Part shown: one piece after another, positions 1 through 9,281 of the stretch
How the letters are laid out: the number at the start of each line of letters is the position of its first letter
Position numbering within the stretch: the first letter of the stretch is position 1
Source of the DNA: Actinomycetes bacterium
GTDB taxonomy: Bacteria; Actinomycetota; Actinomycetes; Propionibacteriales; Propionibacteriaceae
Direction: 5' to 3'
DNA: 35,507 bases
Assembly: GCA_023442485.1 (NCBI GenBank)
Contig: JAEZZG010000058.1
Coordinates: forward strand, 1-35,507
The notes under the pieces: model-generated
What the model was told of the DNA's origin: nothing
Seen by the model: the letters and a program-made list of their open reading frames with translations, nothing else
Database searches by the model: none
Position numbers and translations under genes: made by a program

Positions 1-10
1 CCTGATCCAG

Positions 11-340
11 TTAGCCTCGAGTTGGCGGAATCACCAATCCGACGACGATGATCATGACGCCAACCCCGAGCAGGATCAAGGTATCGAACCATTTCTTTCG
101 CACCGCCAACACACCGACGATCCGTTCGGGTAGCACCAGACGGGCTAGGCCCGCGAAGACGAAACACGACCCTGCCGCAATCGCGCCTTTGAGCCAATAA
201 CCGAAGGAGGCGGTGACGACGGCGACGATCACCCCGACGACGGCAATCATAGCCACCCACGGCGATGAGTTCTGTTCGCTGGGGCGATTCATCGCCAGGT
301 TCGCGTTGAGTTTGCGATCTGACGCGGATGGGTGTGCCAT
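11..340 (-). CDS. Small integral membrane protein of the DUF3017 family, encoded downstream of folD
   Basis: 109-aa ORF with two hydrophobic helices (IAVVGVIVAVV, LILLGVGVMIIVVGLVI). A GGAGAGGAAG SD sits about 7 nt upstream of the ATG. A DUF3017 protein immediately after folD is a conserved actinobacterial arrangement. Confidence 0.6.
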   Translation of the reverse strand: MAHPSASDRKLNANLAMNRPSEQNSSPWVAMIAVVGVIVAVVTASFGYWLKGAIAAGSCFVFAGLARLVLPERIVGVLAVRKKWFDTLILLGVGVMIIVVGLVIPPTRG

Positions 341-432
341 CGATCTTCCTCTCCTGTCTGTCCTCTACTCAACCCTTGCTGCTGAGGCTCTGCGACCTGG
401 TGTAGTGGCTTGGATGGGCCACCACACCCCTA

Positions 433-463
433 TGCGCAACTAATTTGCAACTTTTGCGCAACT
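433..463. repeat. Three tandem TGC(GC)AACT motifs (TGCGCAACT, TTGCAACT, TGCGCAACT) at about 11-bp spacing, each containing a small palindrome (TGCGCA / TTGCAA)
   Basis: Seen directly in the sequence 'tgcgcaactaatttgcaacttttgcgcaact'. It overlaps the folD stop codon and lies upstream of the DUF3017 gene. Confidence 0.3.
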
Positions 464-1319
464 ACTGTTGGGCCGCGAGAGCTTCGGCACGGTCAACGAC
501 ATTCCACAGCAACATGGCCCGCGTCATCGGCCCAACCCCACCAGGATTCGGGGTGATCTTCCCTGCGACTTCCCAGACGTCAGGGTGGACGTCACCAACC
601 GGCTTGCCGTCAATCCGGCTAACCCCGACGTCAACAACCGTAGCTCCCGGCTTGACCATGTCGGCGGTGAGGAAACCTGCGCGTCCCACTGCGGCAATCA
701 CGATATCGGCTCTGCGTGTATGGGCAGCGATGTCTACCGTCCCGGTATGGCACTGGGTGACGGTGCAGTTGACGGATTTGCGGGTCAGCAAGGCAGCCAA
801 GGGGCGCCCCACGGTGATACCGCGCCCCACTACGCATACCTCGGCACCTTTCAATGGCACCTGATAGCGGTTGAGCAACTCGACAATCCCGCGCGGGGTA
901 CACGGCAGCGGGCCAGGCTCGTTGAGCATCAACTTGCCCATCGAGACTGGGGCTAACCCGTCCGCGTCCTTGTCAGGATCGATCAGGGATAGGGCACGGT
1001 TCTCATCCAGGTGGTCGGGCAGCGGGAGCTGGACGATGTACCCGGTGCAAGCCGGGTTCTGATTCAGCTCAAGGATGGCCTCTTCCAGTTCGGCCTGAGT
1101 CGTGGACTCGTCCAGGTCAACCCGGATGGAGTCGATTCCCACCTGGGCACAGTCGCGGTGTTTTCCGGCCACATAGATCTGTGATCCAGGATCGGCACCG
1201 ACGAGAATGGTGCCCAGACCTGGGACGATGCCACGCTCACGCAATGCCGCTACCCGGGTCGCCAACTCGGCCTTGATCTGGGCGGCGGTGGCTTTCCCAT
1301 CAATTCTTTCTGCGGTCAT
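462..1319 (-). CDS. folD: Bifunctional methylenetetrahydrofolate dehydrogenase/cyclohydrolase FolD
   Basis: Full-length match to the FolD family ([16 protein letters not shown]..., [37 protein letters not shown]). I chose the ATG at 1319; the longest ORF instead starts with a GTG at 1349, directly abutting the purH stop. Confidence 0.9.
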   Translation of the reverse strand: MTAERIDGKATAAQIKAELATRVAALRERGIVPGLGTILVGADPGSQIYVAGKHRDCAQVGIDSIRVDLDESTTQAELEEAILELNQNPACTGYIVQLPLPDHLDENRALSLIDPDKDADGLAPVSMGKLMLNEPGPLPCTPRGIVELLNRYQVPLKGAEVCVVGRGITVGRPLAALLTRKSVNCTVTQCHTGTVDIAAHTRRADIVIAAVGRAGFLTADMVKPGATVVDVGVSRIDGKPVGDVHPDVWEVAGKITPNPGGVGPMTRAMLLWNVVDRAEALAAQQ

Positions 1320-1349
1320 AGTCCTTACTCTTTCTGCACCCGGCCACAC

Positions 1350-3125
1350 TTAGTGGAAGAAGTGACGGTTACCGGTGAAGTACATCGTGATTCCGGCTTC
1401 ATTGGCTGCCGCGATCACCTCATCGTCACGAATCGACCCTCCTGGCTGAACCACTGCCTTCACCCCGGCCTCAATCAAGATCGTGAGTCCATCGGCGAAG
1501 GGGAAGAAAGCGTCAGAGGCGGCCACAGACCCGATTGCGCGCTGTTCAGGCTTGTCCGAGACGATGTCTGCGCTACGGGCACCACCAGCAGAGGTGATCT
1601 CGGTGGTGTCTGCGGCGGCGTCACCGGTGCTTCGCGACCCCAAGGTATTGGCGCGTTCGACGGCGAGTTTGGCGGAGTCGACCCGGTTGACTTGGCCCAT
1701 GCCGACGCCGACCGAGGCACCGTCTTTGACCAGTAAGATCGCGTTCGATTTCACTGCGCGGACCGAGTGCCATGCGAAGACTAGATCGGCCATGGTTGCC
1801 TCGTCCGCTGCAGCCCCGGCAACCAAGGTCCAGTTCGATGGATCATCGCCGCGATCGTCCACGTCGTCGAAACGCTGGACGAGTAGACCGCCGGAGATGC
1901 GCTTGTATTCCAACTCCCCTCGCGTAGGCGGAATCACCTTGAGGATGCGCAGATTCTTCTTCGATCTCAAAATCTCGACGGCTTCGGGCTCGAAACTGGG
2001 CGCGATGATGACCTCGGTGAAGATCGGTTTGACCTGGGCGGCCATCTCGGCGGTCACCTCGCGGTTGGCAGCAATCACACCACCATAAGCGGAGACAGGA
2101 TCGCAGGCGTGAGCCTTGCGATGAGCTTCGGCGATGTCGTCAGCGATGGCGATACCGCACGGGTTGGCATGTTTGATGATCGCCACACAAGCCTGATCGG
2201 GGTGATCGTAGGCTGCTCTCAACGCGGCTTCGGAATCAGTGTAGTTATTGAAAGACATCTCCTTGCCGCCGAGCTGAATCGCACGGGCGAGGCCTTCTCC
2301 CGCCGGGATCGCGTTGACGTCCACGCCTGCTTCGGTGGCGTCCTGGTCGGTGTCGACGCCGTCATCGGAATCGAACTCGGCCGGGATGTAGAGGGCAGCT
2401 TTCTGGTGGGGGTTTTCTCCGTAGCGCAAGTCGGCGGCTTTCTCCCAGCAAGGCTCAACCAGAATTTCGGGCAAAGAGCCGTCTTCGCTCTCGTCAAGGC
2501 CCTGGCAGCCGCACCCACCGCAACAGCCGTCGGCGCTAGTGGTTTGCTCGAAGAACCAGTCGGCGATGGCTTCGTCGTAGTCGAAAATGCGCTGGAAGGC
2601 GTCTCGGGCCATGATTTGGCGTTGCTGGGCCGAAGTGCCGCCAGCGTTGAGGGCGGCGATGACGTCGACATATTGGTCAGGGCTGGTGACGACGGCAATG
2701 TGGGCATGATTCTTGGCGGCTGCCCGAATCATGGTCGGCCCGCCAATGTCGATCTTCTCAATACATTCGGCGTAGTCAGCGCCGGAGGCTACGGTGTCTT
2801 CAAAGGGGTAGAGATTGACCACGATCAAGTCAAAGGGTCGAACCCCCAACTGTTGGAGCTGGTTGACATGGTCGGGAAGATCGAGATTAGCCAGGATTCC
2901 TGCGTGAACCTTCGGGTGTAAGGTCTTCACCCGCCCATCCAGGCACTCAGGGAACCCCGTGACCTCCTCAACCGGCGTGACCGGGACCTGGTGGTCTCGA
3001 AGCACCGACGCGGTTGATCCGGTAGAGACAATCTCCACCCCGGCTTTGGCGAGTTCTTCACCTAGTTCGACCAAACCAGTCTTGTCATAGACCGACACCA
3101 ATGCGCGTCGAATCGGCTTAATCAT
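1350..3125 (-). CDS. purH: Bifunctional AICAR transformylase / IMP cyclohydrolase PurH
   Basis: [18 protein letters not shown]... MGS-like N-terminal domain followed by an AICARFT domain through ...[11 protein letters not shown]. The six-frame ORF extends to 3398, but the conserved N-terminus begins at the ATG at 3125. An unusual CCGGCGCQG insertion lies in the linker (2499-2534). Confidence 0.95.
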   Translation of the reverse strand: MIKPIRRALVSVYDKTGLVELGEELAKAGVEIVSTGSTASVLRDHQVPVTPVEEVTGFPECLDGRVKTLHPKVHAGILANLDLPDHVNQLQQLGVRPFDLIVVNLYPFEDTVASGADYAECIEKIDIGGPTMIRAAAKNHAHIAVVTSPDQYVDVIAALNAGGTSAQQRQIMARDAFQRIFDYDEAIADWFFEQTTSADGCCGGCGCQGLDESEDGSLPEILVEPCWEKAADLRYGENPHQKAALYIPAEFDSDDGVDTDQDATEAGVDVNAIPAGEGLARAIQLGGKEMSFNNYTDSEAALRAAYDHPDQACVAIIKHANPCGIAIADDIAEAHRKAHACDPVSAYGGVIAANREVTAEMAAQVKPIFTEVIIAPSFEPEAVEILRSKKNLRILKVIPPTRGELEYKRISGGLLVQRFDDVDDRGDDPSNWTLVAGAAADEATMADLVFAWHSVRAVKSNAILLVKDGASVGVGMGQVNRVDSAKLAVERANTLGSRSTGDAAADTTEITSAGGARSADIVSDKPEQRAIGSVAASDAFFPFADGLTILIEAGVKAVVQPGGSIRDDEVIAAANEAGITMYFTGNRHFFH

Positions 3126-3170
3126 GGACCAGCTACCTTTCTGTCGCTCGTTCACATCATCAGTTGTGTC

Positions 3171-3192
3171 GAGCCAGGCGGGTGCCTGGCTC
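3171..3192. other. Perfect 9-bp inverted repeat (GAGCCAGGC-gggt-GCCTGGCTC) in the purN-purH intercistronic gap
   Basis: Read directly from the sequence. There is no U-tract on either strand, so it is probably an intra-operon RNA hairpin rather than a terminator. Confidence 0.3.
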
Positions 3193-3228
3193 ATCGGGAG
3201 GGGCACCCGTGCGGTGCCTGGATTCAGG

Positions 3229-3948
3229 TCACCGTGGATCGGTAGGAGCGGACGATGGTTCGCCCGGCATGGTTGGCGTCGAGTTGTCCAGCAGAATCTG
3301 CTGATTCTGGTCGAGCATCTGCCGGATCGTGGCGGAGTAGGCCTCGTCGTCGCGTTCTCGTTCATGTTCGCGGGCGAAGGCGGTGATGGTCTCGACAAGC
3401 ATCTGACGCTCCACGACTTTGATTCTCTCGTGCAGGGTCTCTTCGGTGTCTTCGGGCTCGATCTCGACTTCGCGCTGGGTGATGATCTGGCCGCCGTCTA
3501 CGCTTTCGTCAACCCAAAACATGGTGGCACCGGTGTAGCTTACCCCGGCTTCGAGTGCGTCTCTGACGGCGTGGGCTCCGGGGAAGCGTGGCAGTAGCGA
3601 GGGGTGGTTGTTGATCACTTGACCGGGGAAGTGATTCAAAAAATCGGGCCCAAGAATCTTCATGAATCCGGCGAGGAGGACCAGATCCGGGGTGAAACCG
3701 GCGACGATGTCGGCCAGTTTAGCGTCCCATGAATTGCGTTCGGCGCTGCCGAGTGCTGCCGCAGGGTTGAGCGGGTGGACGAAGGTAGATATGCCTGCCT
3801 GTTGTGCCCTTACCAGACCGGGAGCATCTGGCCGATCGGATCCGACGGCGGCGATGTCGACGGGACACACACCCGCCTCGATTGCGTCGAGAAGAGATTG
3901 GAGGAGGGTTCCTTCACCGGAAAGTAACACCACTACCCGAACAGTCAC
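3229..3948 (-). CDS. purN: Phosphoribosylglycinamide formyltransferase PurN, with a roughly 40-aa acidic C-terminal extension
   Basis: [20 protein letters not shown]... and [22 protein letters not shown] motifs typical of the formyl_trans_N family. GTG start 9 bp after the perM-like stop. Confidence 0.88.
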   Translation of the reverse strand: MTVRVVVLLSGEGTLLQSLLDAIEAGVCPVDIAAVGSDRPDAPGLVRAQQAGISTFVHPLNPAAALGSAERNSWDAKLADIVAGFTPDLVLLAGFMKILGPDFLNHFPGQVINNHPSLLPRFPGAHAVRDALEAGVSYTGATMFWVDESVDGGQIITQREVEIEPEDTEETLHERIKVVERQMLVETITAFAREHERERDDEAYSATIRQMLDQNQQILLDNSTPTMPGEPSSAPTDPR

Positions 3949-3957
3949 GCCCCTACT

Positions 3958-5604
3958 CTACCGCCGATCCTTAGTTTGATCGATTCCGTCTTCAGGCTCG
4001 TCACCGGCTCTGATCAAAGGCCCCTCGAATCTGGCTTCGGCCCCGTTCGTCTTGCCCTCACTATGGCCAAGATCGAAATCTGGCTCTACGCGTTTGTGGG
4101 TTTCGCCGTCATGGGAGCGAGCTCCCCACTCGAGGTCTTTGTCGCTCTCACTCACCTGCCCAGATCCAGCTGTAGAGGTGCCGTCAGAACTCGATGGCGT
4201 GTGCTGGCTGCTATCTGGGTCGGAGCTATCGTCTATTTCCGTAGGCTGGACTGGCCGGGCGAGGGAGATCATCGCGACGGTTGCCTCCGCATCCAGGTTA
4301 CCTGCTCTGGCGTCTTCGTCTCGGACCGGATTGGTCAGATCTTGAGGGGTGTAGACGACGGTGACCTCGGCTCCACTCTTACCCGGTTTGCGAATCATGC
4401 CGACGATCAGACCAGTGACTAATCCGGCGATTCCCATGACGACGGTAGACATCACCAGGGTTTCTAGCCCACGCGTGCCGATGACCCCTAGGCGATCCGT
4501 CCCCAAAGCCCCGTTACCGACGACGGAGATGGCGGTGAAGACCACGCCCGAGATGATCCCGGACACACAGCCGACGACCGCAGTTTCGTCGAAGCGGGCA
4601 CGGGGTCTAGCGATGACGATGAGAAGTGCCCCCACGATCCCAGCGATGAAGCCGAAAACCATCCAGGCGATTAGCCACGGCGATGGATTTCCTGGATTCG
4701 GTAATGCAGCAAAGGCGGGGATTGCGGGGACGAAACCAAGGTGGACCGCTGCCGGTGAGACGACGGTGTCGACCCCGAGACTGAACCCGGCACCGATACT
4801 CCAGGCCGCCGCCCAGAGCACGAAGTTAGGCAGCCAGGCTAGTTGGATGAAGATCAGCGACCAGTGACCGGTGGCCTGAGGCTTCAACGATGTGTGGATC
4901 GCAGCAATATCGCTGCGATGCAACACAAATGCAACCAGGAGGACAGCGGCGCCCGCGATCATCATGACGAGTTGGGTGGCGTAGACGGCGCGCGGAATCG
5001 CCTTCGCCCATCCGGGCAGCCACAAGGTCAAATCGAGGGAGCAGGCCCGTCCGATCCCGATGAAACCGGCGATGGCGGCGAGGACGAGGGCAGCGATTAG
5101 ACTGCGGGAAACCTTCGTCATCGAGCCGACGACGATGACTGAGGGTAGGAAGATCGCGAGGTAGCCGATGACGAAGATCATGGTGGATTTCGCGGTCAGG
5201 TAGAGCCGAATCTTGGCTGAGATGCGTTCGGGGGCTCGCATCCTGGCTTGTTTGCCTGCGAACCTAGCGCATGTGGCCGCCAGGGCGAGGAAGATCAAGG
5301 TTAGCCCCAGTGGCGGGACGGTGATGGTTACAGCGTCGGCGGATACTCCGGCTCCGTGACCGAGCAGCCACAGTCGGATCGCGAGCGGGAAGACCGAAGA
5401 AAACCCCATCCCGGGCATATCAACCCAGGCAAAAACACAGATCCCGCACACAATCACGATGCCGACTAAGGCGGCCATAGCCCCTGACAGCAATGCCGCA
5501 GGCACCCATCCCATGAAGGGCAGCCGCTCGGAGTCGGCTGCAGGGATTGCCACACCGGTATTGAAACGCTTCTTGGTCGATTGCGGGGTGGATGACAAGG
5601 TCAC
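3958..5604 (-). CDS. Polytopic membrane protein of the DUF6350 / PerM-like family (cf. M. tuberculosis Rv0955 perM, which also precedes purN-purH)
   Basis: At least 10 predicted TM helices followed by an acidic, Ser/Asp-rich C-terminal tail. Its position immediately upstream of purN on the same strand mirrors the Rv0955-Rv0957 synteny. GTG start preceded by AAAGGGGG. Confidence 0.65.
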   Translation of the reverse strand: MTLSSTPQSTKKRFNTGVAIPAADSERLPFMGWVPAALLSGAMAALVGIVIVCGICVFAWVDMPGMGFSSVFPLAIRLWLLGHGAGVSADAVTITVPPLGLTLIFLALAATCARFAGKQARMRAPERISAKIRLYLTAKSTMIFVIGYLAIFLPSVIVVGSMTKVSRSLIAALVLAAIAGFIGIGRACSLDLTLWLPGWAKAIPRAVYATQLVMMIAGAAVLLVAFVLHRSDIAAIHTSLKPQATGHWSLIFIQLAWLPNFVLWAAAWSIGAGFSLGVDTVVSPAAVHLGFVPAIPAFAALPNPGNPSPWLIAWMVFGFIAGIVGALLIVIARPRARFDETAVVGCVSGIISGVVFTAISVVGNGALGTDRLGVIGTRGLETLVMSTVVMGIAGLVTGLIVGMIRKPGKSGAEVTVVYTPQDLTNPVRDEDARAGNLDAEATVAMISLARPVQPTEIDDSSDPDSSQHTPSSSDGTSTAGSGQVSESDKDLEWGARSHDGETHKRVEPDFDLGHSEGKTNGAEARFEGPLIRAGDEPEDGIDQTKDRR

Positions 5605-5804
5605 TGGCCCCCTTTCTTCTGGACAGCGTCGCAGGTTAACGGCATCCCTTTTAGTCTAGCCGGGAGCCTGACACTCTACGTTGATGACTCGGCGAGCGTG
5701 CAGATTGTGAATCAATCTTCCCCCAGCCGAGGCGACATCACTACATTGAGATAGCTATGATGTCCCTAACTAGTGGACGAATGAAAATGAAGGAGAGGTG
5801 CAAA

Positions 5805-7499
5805 GTGGCTGGTGATTCCTCTCCGCGACCTCGCCGGGCGATACCGTCCACTGACGCTGACGATCAGCCAGAGGTTGTTGACGCTGATTCGCCGGTCGTG
5901 ATCACTCGACGCATGGCGATCATTGACCCTGACGATGCGACCCACTCCCCGACCTCTCCTATCCCAGCCCCCGCACTTCCACAAGCTGACTTCGTCGCCA
6001 CCGGGCGCCGGTTGAGTGCCGTGTCCGCAATGGATCTAGACGACGACACCGAATCCTACCGTCCGCGCCGCTCTGCGATTAGCGCCTGGACGCCTCACTC
6101 CGCAGACTCTCCGACGAGGATTGGCTTGCCAGACGATGCCAGCTCCGCAATCGTCGCGGATTCCGATTCTTTGGAGAAGGCCGCTTCACCGTCGCAGAAG
6201 CCCTCCACCGATCTAGTCACCGGCGACACCAGTGCTGATGACGGCGATTCGTCGCGCTCAACGAGATGGTGGATCATCGTCATTTCTTGTCTGGTGATTG
6301 TGGCGGTGGCGGTGGCAATCGCGGTGTTCCGCCACACCAAGTCTTCTCCCTCATCCAAGGAATCGGTCAACGCGGCGACGACCTTGGACGAGGCTGCACT
6401 AGCGTCAACGACAGATTTGAGCAAGCTGGGCGCAGGCACAAATTGGAGGGTCGACCAGACCAGCGGATCGGCCACTGACACCAAACTAAGTGCCGCCTGC
6501 CTACCCGCTACCATCCAAGATCTAGCCCCTGTCGCCTCCGTCCGTCGCACCTTGATCGGGTCTGATCCATTCCCGGCGGTGTTTCACCGGGTCGAGGTCT
6601 TCGATTCCGCCGATACGGCAGCCACGGTTTTCGCCAAGGAACGCACCCAACTCGGATCATGTGAATCAACTACTGCCTATGTGATGTCAGCCAGTACGAT
6701 CCTAGGTTTGGCCGACGAAGCCTACGCCTCAGTGATCGCCTACCAAGAGGCCGAGGTTACCTACCACACCGTGATTATCGCCCGGACTGGCGACGCCATC
6801 GCCACCTTCGATGTTGCCAACCAGACCGAACCTATCGCCGTCGATAAAGCTGCCCAGACTTTGGCTCAGCCCCTAGCTCGGCGGTGTTCGATTCAGCAAG
6901 GAGGATGTCCGGCACAGATCGATGTCCGACAGACTCCTCCGGCTGCTAGCCAGCCTGCGGGGTGGTTGTCTACCAATGACTTGCCGCGGATCACTTTGGG
7001 TGCCGGCCAGTGGGTGGCGACCGACCCACGCCAGGTATCGGTGGCCGGGACCCAGTGTGAGAATCTGGATCTGACCAATGTTGGAGACGCGGAAGAACAA
7101 CAGCGAACCTTCCTGATGTCTCAAGATGCCAATGCCCCGTCGAAGTTCGGCGTTGACGAGGTAGTGCTGACCTTCCAAGACGAAGCGAAGGCCACTCAAT
7201 TCAACGCAGACCTGATTGCCAATGTCAGCTCATGCACCCAAAGGGTCCCGATCGCTTCAGTGTCTCAACCGCAACATTTAGATACCGTAGCAGAAAACCA
7301 GGAGCCGTTGCCGACCACCGTCTACACCATCACCCACACCATCGACCAGGAGAAAATCCCGTTCCGAATCGGGGTGGCAACAGTAGGCACCAAGGTCATC
7401 TACCTCTACGCCAACCCATCAGAGACATACGACTTCAGCGATACCCAATGGCAACAGATTGTCGCAAGGGCAGCACAAAGAGCTAGCCAATCTCGTTAG
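5805..7499 (+). CDS. Membrane-anchored protein with a single TM helix and a large cysteine-containing extracytoplasmic region, possibly a PknH-like sensor domain
   Basis: Pro/Asp-rich cytoplasmic N-terminus, TM helix WWIIVISCLVIVAVAVAIAVF, then about 400 aa with paired cysteines. The best SD (AGGAGAGG) precedes the GTG at 5805; the longest ORF starts at 5757. Confidence 0.5.
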   Translation: MAGDSSPRPRRAIPSTDADDQPEVVDADSPVVITRRMAIIDPDDATHSPTSPIPAPALPQADFVATGRRLSAVSAMDLDDDTESYRPRRSAISAWTPHSADSPTRIGLPDDASSAIVADSDSLEKAASPSQKPSTDLVTGDTSADDGDSSRSTRWWIIVISCLVIVAVAVAIAVFRHTKSSPSSKESVNAATTLDEAALASTTDLSKLGAGTNWRVDQTSGSATDTKLSAACLPATIQDLAPVASVRRTLIGSDPFPAVFHRVEVFDSADTAATVFAKERTQLGSCESTTAYVMSASTILGLADEAYASVIAYQEAEVTYHTVIIARTGDAIATFDVANQTEPIAVDKAAQTLAQPLARRCSIQQGGCPAQIDVRQTPPAASQPAGWLSTNDLPRITLGAGQWVATDPRQVSVAGTQCENLDLTNVGDAEEQQRTFLMSQDANAPSKFGVDEVVLTFQDEAKATQFNADLIANVSSCTQRVPIASVSQPQHLDTVAENQEPLPTTVYTITHTIDQEKIPFRIGVATVGTKVIYLYANPSETYDFSDTQWQQIVARAAQRASQSR

Positions 7500-7912
7500 T
7501 CCACTCGACAGCCACGCTGTTTGAGCACCGCTGCCTTCACGCGCTCGATACCATCAGCCAAAATGTCTCGCGGACGGATAAAAGCACACACCCCCGCCTC
7601 AACAAGCTCAGTGACAAGCGACTCCGAGACGGCACCACCACCAAACATCACGATGTCGTCAGCATCAAGATCAACCAACATCTGCCTGATCTGACGGAAA
7701 TAGCCCACCTGAGAATCAGACAGGACAGATAGACCAATCGCGTCAGCATCCTCAGCGATCGCAGTATGGACAATTTGTTCAGGAGTTTGATGCAAGCCGA
7801 TATAGATCACTTCCATGCCAGCATCCCTGAGCGCCCGAGCCGCCACCTTAGCACCTCGGTCATGTCCATCAAGACCAGGTTTCGCCACAACAACCCGGAT
7901 GGGAGTATCCAT
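7496..7912 (-). CDS. Standalone cobalamin (B12)-binding domain protein, similar to the methylmalonyl-CoA mutase C-terminal domain
   Basis: MDTPIRVVVAKPGLDGHDRGAKV carries the DxHxxG B12-binding signature, and the roughly 138-aa size is typical of mutase small B12 domains. Start set at the ATG at 7912 (a GGTGGTG SD lies 4 nt upstream); the ORF-track extension to 7948 is unsupported. Confidence 0.8.
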   Translation of the reverse strand: MDTPIRVVVAKPGLDGHDRGAKVAARALRDAGMEVIYIGLHQTPEQIVHTAIAEDADAIGLSVLSDSQVGYFRQIRQMLVDLDADDIVMFGGGAVSESLVTELVEAGVCAFIRPRDILADGIERVKAAVLKQRGCRVD

Positions 7913-8046
7913 GATCACACCACCAAGCCTACTCAACAACCCGGACAATTTGTATAGATGTAGAACGAAAATGTGCGCCTAAGAGCTGCGACCTGACAGA
8001 TTGACAGGGACGGATCACCCCTTGCGTCACTCCAACTGCTCTAATC

Positions 8047-8073
8047 CTGAGAAAACATGACAGTTTTTCTCAG
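8047..8073. promoter_or_regulatory. 9-bp inverted repeat CTGAGAAAA-(catgacagt)-TTTTCTCAG in the divergent intergenic region
   Basis: Read directly from the sequence. Located between the B12-domain gene (minus) and the M23 peptidase gene (plus). Confidence 0.25.
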
Positions 8074-8139
8074 AAATGCTAAGTTATCCGGAGTCAGCGG
8101 ACTCCAGTGCCGCTATAGTCGAAGCCGTGAGTTTCATTC

Positions 8140-8300
8140 TTTCGCCGAGGCTTCGATAGCCATCGACGACGGATACTGATCAGCGAGGGCCAACGTGGGA
8201 TTTGAACGGGGTGACAATACTGCTTCAGCCGTTGCACAAGATGCAACGAGAGGCACCGATCAATCGCTTCTCGACACTCAGGTTCCCGCTCCCTCTTCCC
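8140..8300 (+). ncRNA. Candidate ydaO-type (cyclic-di-AMP) riboswitch in the 5' leader of the M23 peptidase gene
   Basis: A roughly 260-nt leader precedes the signal-peptide-bearing start at 8315. The core ACUGAUCAGCGAGGGCCAACGUGGGAUUUGAACGGGGUGACAAUAC resembles the ydaO 5' half as I remember it (mini-hairpin, GCGGGGGACCCA-like element, ACGGGGUGA). ydaO riboswitches commonly sit upstream of actinobacterial cell-wall hydrolase genes. The 3' half was not confidently identified. Confidence 0.3.
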
Positions 8301-8314
8301 GTCCATCCTGGTTG

Positions 8315-9175
8315 ATGTCTCGTCGCGGAGCACTCACCGTAGCCTGCGCCTCGATCGTGTCTACCGGCCTTGCTGGTTCCTATTTCTTATCTCAATCGGC
8401 CACAGCAACCTCGGTGAAGAACGCCGCCGCGGTTGAGCAGGCATTCAGCAGCCGCGATTCCAGTCTGTCGCGTAGCGGAGCCCGTCAAGAGCTTGACGGA
8501 ACCATGAACTCAAGTCTTGCTGATGAGCGCAACTCGGCTTTGACGGAGACCAACTACAAGGCCCGCTCGGCAGCCGCCGAGGCGAACTCATCTGAACGCA
8601 ACCTTGAACTCGAAGCTGACTTGGAGAAGGTCCGCGCCAAAGCGGCACAGATCGCTGAGGAGAAGCGCCGAGCAGAGAAGAAGCTTCGCGAGTTCATGGA
8701 ACGCAGTGCCGGACGCAAACTCAGCAACCAAGAGATCAGTCTGCTATTGAACTCCGAAAGAGGCTCCCTTCCTCTAGCGAGGGGAACCTACCATCGAGGC
8801 GCTGGGTTCGGCGCTCGCGGCAGTTGGCACAGCTACCACACCGGCATTGATTTTTCAGCCTCCACCGGCACCCCGATCTACGCGGCTGCCCCCGGCATCG
8901 TCGGCACCCCGACAAGCGGTAGCTGGGCTGGAAACAACGTGGTTCTCCACCACATCGACGGCTCATCCACTCTCTACGCCCACATGTCTCGCAGGGCGGT
9001 CTCCCCCGGCCAGATCGTCCAGGCAGGCACCCTGATTGGCTACGTCGGAGCCACTGGACGCGCTTTCGGGAGCCACCTCCACTTCGAGTACTACCCCAAA
9101 GGCACCACACCTGGCGATGTCTACACCGCCAAGGACCCGATGATCTTCTTCAAATCCATCGGAGTTACCCCGTAG
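8315..9175 (+). CDS. Secreted M23 family metallopeptidase (LytM-like cell-wall endopeptidase) with a coiled-coil N-terminal region
   Basis: Signal/TM segment MSRRGALTVACASIVSTGLAGS, then a coiled-coil (ELEADLEKVRAKAAQIAEEKRRAEKKLRE). The C-terminal M23 motifs HTGIDFSA, ...LYAHM and GSHLHFEY are present. The position next to pcrA mirrors the Mtb Rv0950c / uvrD1 pair. The longest ORF starts at the GTG at 8195, which would lie inside the structured leader. Confidence 0.82.
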   Translation: MSRRGALTVACASIVSTGLAGSYFLSQSATATSVKNAAAVEQAFSSRDSSLSRSGARQELDGTMNSSLADERNSALTETNYKARSAAAEANSSERNLELEADLEKVRAKAAQIAEEKRRAEKKLREFMERSAGRKLSNQEISLLLNSERGSLPLARGTYHRGAGFGARGSWHSYHTGIDFSASTGTPIYAAAPGIVGTPTSGSWAGNNVVLHHIDGSSTLYAHMSRRAVSPGQIVQAGTLIGYVGATGRAFGSHLHFEYYPKGTTPGDVYTAKDPMIFFKSIGVTP

Positions 9176-9281
9176 CCTGGGGTTCACGGCAGCCAGCAGA
9201 TACCCTCAGTTCTTCATCGAGAGGCTTCTCCTATCCCGGCAGTATCAACCCCTCGGCATTGTCGTTGAGGAAGTCCTCATC

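Noticed and set aside
468-956. Long antisense or overlapping ORFs across well-supported genes. Examples: 468..956 (+) and 631..903 (-) inside folD; 2109..2921 (+) inside purH; 17403..18338 (+) inside yfhO; 24637..25278 (+) inside guaB; 33128..33721 (+) inside groEL; 34085..34834 (+) across groES.
   Set aside because: Their products are low-complexity and Arg/Pro/Gly-rich with no recognisable domains. Such open frames are expected on the opposite strand of high-GC genes.
3126-3398. N-terminal extensions in the six-frame track: purH to 3398, pcrA to 12077, FucA-like to 27492, DhnA aldolase to 28488, groES to 34741, guaB3 to 24091.
   Set aside because: In each case conserved family sequence begins at an internal ATG/GTG with a good Shine-Dalgarno. 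The extensions are non-conserved, overlap upstream genes or lack an RBS.
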